From an uncultured delta proteobacterium (GTDB taxonomy: Bacteria; Desulfobacterota; Binatia; JACPRU01): 64,000 nucleotides of DNA. How positions within the stretch are numbered: position 1 is the first letter of the stretch; every line of letters begins with the position of its first letter. This document shows, in pieces, positions 62,355 to 64,000 of the stretch. The stretch is taken from assembly GCA_963745025.1 (NCBI GenBank), contig CAVUWD010000011.1:192001-256000 (forward strand), read 5' to 3'. Position numbers and translations under genes: made by a program. The notes below the pieces were generated by a model that was given only the letters and a program-made list of their open reading frames with translations, did no database searches and was not told the origin of the DNA.

Positions 62355-63209
62355 TTAGCGCCGCAGCGCGAAGATCGGGCGCGCGCCGCGCAGACCCTTG
62401 AGCTCGTGCTCGCCGCGCGAGTCGAGCGACGAGGCCCGAGCCGTCGAGCAGGTCGAGGGTGGTGCCGGAGACGAACACCTCGCCGGCGCCGGCGAGCGCG
62501 GCGACGCGCGCGGCAGCGTGGACCGCCGACGCCGCGCGCCTGGCCGCCGACGATCTCGACTTCGCTGGTGTGGATGCCGACGCGCACGCGGATGCCGAGG
62601 TCGGCGACCGCGGGATCCATCGAGGCGGCCGCGCTCACCGCCTTGGCCGCGCCGTCGAAGAGCGCGAGGAAGCCGTCGCCGGCCGCGTCGATCTCGCGGC
62701 CGCGGAAGCGGTCGATCGCCGCGCGGATGCGCACGTTGTGCTCGCGCAGCAGCTCGGCCCACGCGTGGTCGCCGAGGCGTTCGAGCGTCGCCGTCGAGTC
62801 GACGATGTCGCTGAAGAGGATCGTCGCGAGCACGCGCTCGCCGAGCTCCTCCGGCGACAGTCCGAACGCGTGCGCGCTGGCGAACTCGACCGAGTCCCAC
62901 GGCTCGTCGCCGACCACCCAGGCATCGTGTCCGGGCGGGATCTCGTAGGCGTCGCCCGGCCCGATCGTGAGCATCGGTGCCGTCGTCCATGCGCACCTGG
63001 AGCGAGCCCGAGATCGTGTAGCCGAGGTGGCGGTGCTGGCAGGAGCGCGTGCCGGTGATCGGCGCGACGTCCTTCGACCAGCGCCAGCCCGGCTGGAACA
63101 CGAAGCGGCCGATCGCGATCTCGTCGAGCGAGACGATGTCGAGTCGCCCGGTCGGGAAGGTGCGCACCGGTCGGGCGTTTGCGAAGCTCTTGCGCTGCAG
63201 GCGACGCAC
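62355..63209 (-). pseudogene. Cupin-class III cyclase fusion with several frameshifts
   Basis: QPGWRWS..CQHRHLG..IPPGHDAWVVG cupin; ATILFSDIVDST, AGDGF, RVGIH, VHAAARV, GEHELKG; shifts near 62975, 62527 and 62430. Confidence 0.8.
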
Positions 63210-63689
63210 GAGGGCATCGTGCGCTGCGCCGCGGAGCGTCGCAAGGGATGCGCCTGGCGCAGTCCGCCGCCTACCCGAGCGTCTCCGCCGGCAGCCACAG
63301 CGACACCACCGCGCCGCTCGAATCGGGTGATAGAGCGAGAAGTGCCGACGGTTCCGAGATCGCAGGTTATGTCGACATCGGCCGTTTGTAGCCGCTTCTG
63401 TGAAGCGGCCCTAAGGGCCCTCAGCTATTCGATCTCGGGACCGCCGCGCCCAGATGCACCTTACGGATGCCTTCTTTCCGAGCCGGACCGGCAATGACTC
63501 CGGCGTTGAGGCACATGGGTGGTCCGGTCCGGGTCGGAAACTGGGCGTAGGACGAAACCGCGCGGTGGCGCGTGGCAGGACGTTGGCTATGGGGATTGAA
63601 TCAGGAGAGGAAGTGGGCGGGACTACGTGGGACTGTAGGGTGGACGGCAGTCTGCGAGCGCGGCCGGGAGCGGACGGGCGGCGTGAGCT

Positions 63690-63942
63690 CCATGATGTGG
63701 TGCCAGTCTTCAGGGTCGATCGACTCCGAGAGATCCATCGAGCCCTTCACGTCGGCAAAGAGGACGGTCACCTGCTTGCGCTCGCCTTCCAGGGCCGACT
63801 TCGATTGCAGGATCTTCTCGGCAAGGTGCTTCGGCGTGTAGGAGCGAGGGTCGGGAGCCGACGGCTCAGCCAGTGGCTGTCCGCACGAATCGCAGAACTT
63901 CGCGCCCTCGCGGTTCTCGCAGCCGCAACTGGAGCACTTCAC
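63690..63942 (-). pseudogene. Truncated zinc-ribbon/cyclase N-terminus
   Basis: CSSC..FCDSC, YTPKHLAEKIL, GERKQVTVLFADVKGS; ends after WHHIM; paralogous to 55045-55644. Confidence 0.8.
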
Positions 63943-63955
63943 TCGGACTGACTCT

Positions 63956-64000
63956 TCACGACAGCTCCTACAGCAACATCTTCGCGTCCTTCAGATCCGC
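63956..64000 (-). pseudogene. C-terminal tail of an ATPase/TPR gene (partial; TAG just before the end)
   Basis: ADLKDAKMLL*ELS* resembles the xDLxxAKALLxEL tail of predicted-ATPase/TPR proteins. Confidence 0.45.

Noticed and set aside
55045-63942. Paralogous cyclase segments as a DGR template/variable repeat pair
   Set aside because: No reverse transcriptase in the window; the differences look like ordinary paralog divergence rather than adenine-specific changes

Overview
High-GC bacterial DNA with two distinct halves. Positions 1 to about 44.7 kb are a densely packed, mostly intact metabolic and housekeeping region: ettA, leuCD, clpS-clpA, an RlmI-type methyltransferase, several LLM/F420 oxidoreductases, enoyl-CoA hydratases, acyl-CoA dehydrogenases, SDRs and a desaturase. 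Nine copies of a 45-77 bp palindrome built from 7-nt units sit in its intergenic gaps. This half also holds a probable DsbA/FrnE selenoprotein (in-frame UGA plus a SECIS-like hairpin), a PLP-aminotransferase/Mur-ligase fusion, a PNPOx-PNPOx-GAF/adenylate cyclase module, a pentapeptide protein with an apparently inactive TIR domain, a zincin + ATP-grasp pair, and two genes that seem to start at CTG. From tRNA-Val(CAC) at 44755 to the end, the DNA is a plastic, decaying region. It contains many gene fragments, integron remnants (an MddA/ICMT-like cassette between two attC sites, one split by a defective IS3, and an attI1-like motif), a family of short direct repeats, and several broken zinc-ribbon/cyclase/AAA-TPR paralogs next to one intact cyclase-TM-TPR gene. 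Gene content resembles Candidatus Binatia, but that is inference only. All family calls come from motif recognition by eye; no database searches were run.
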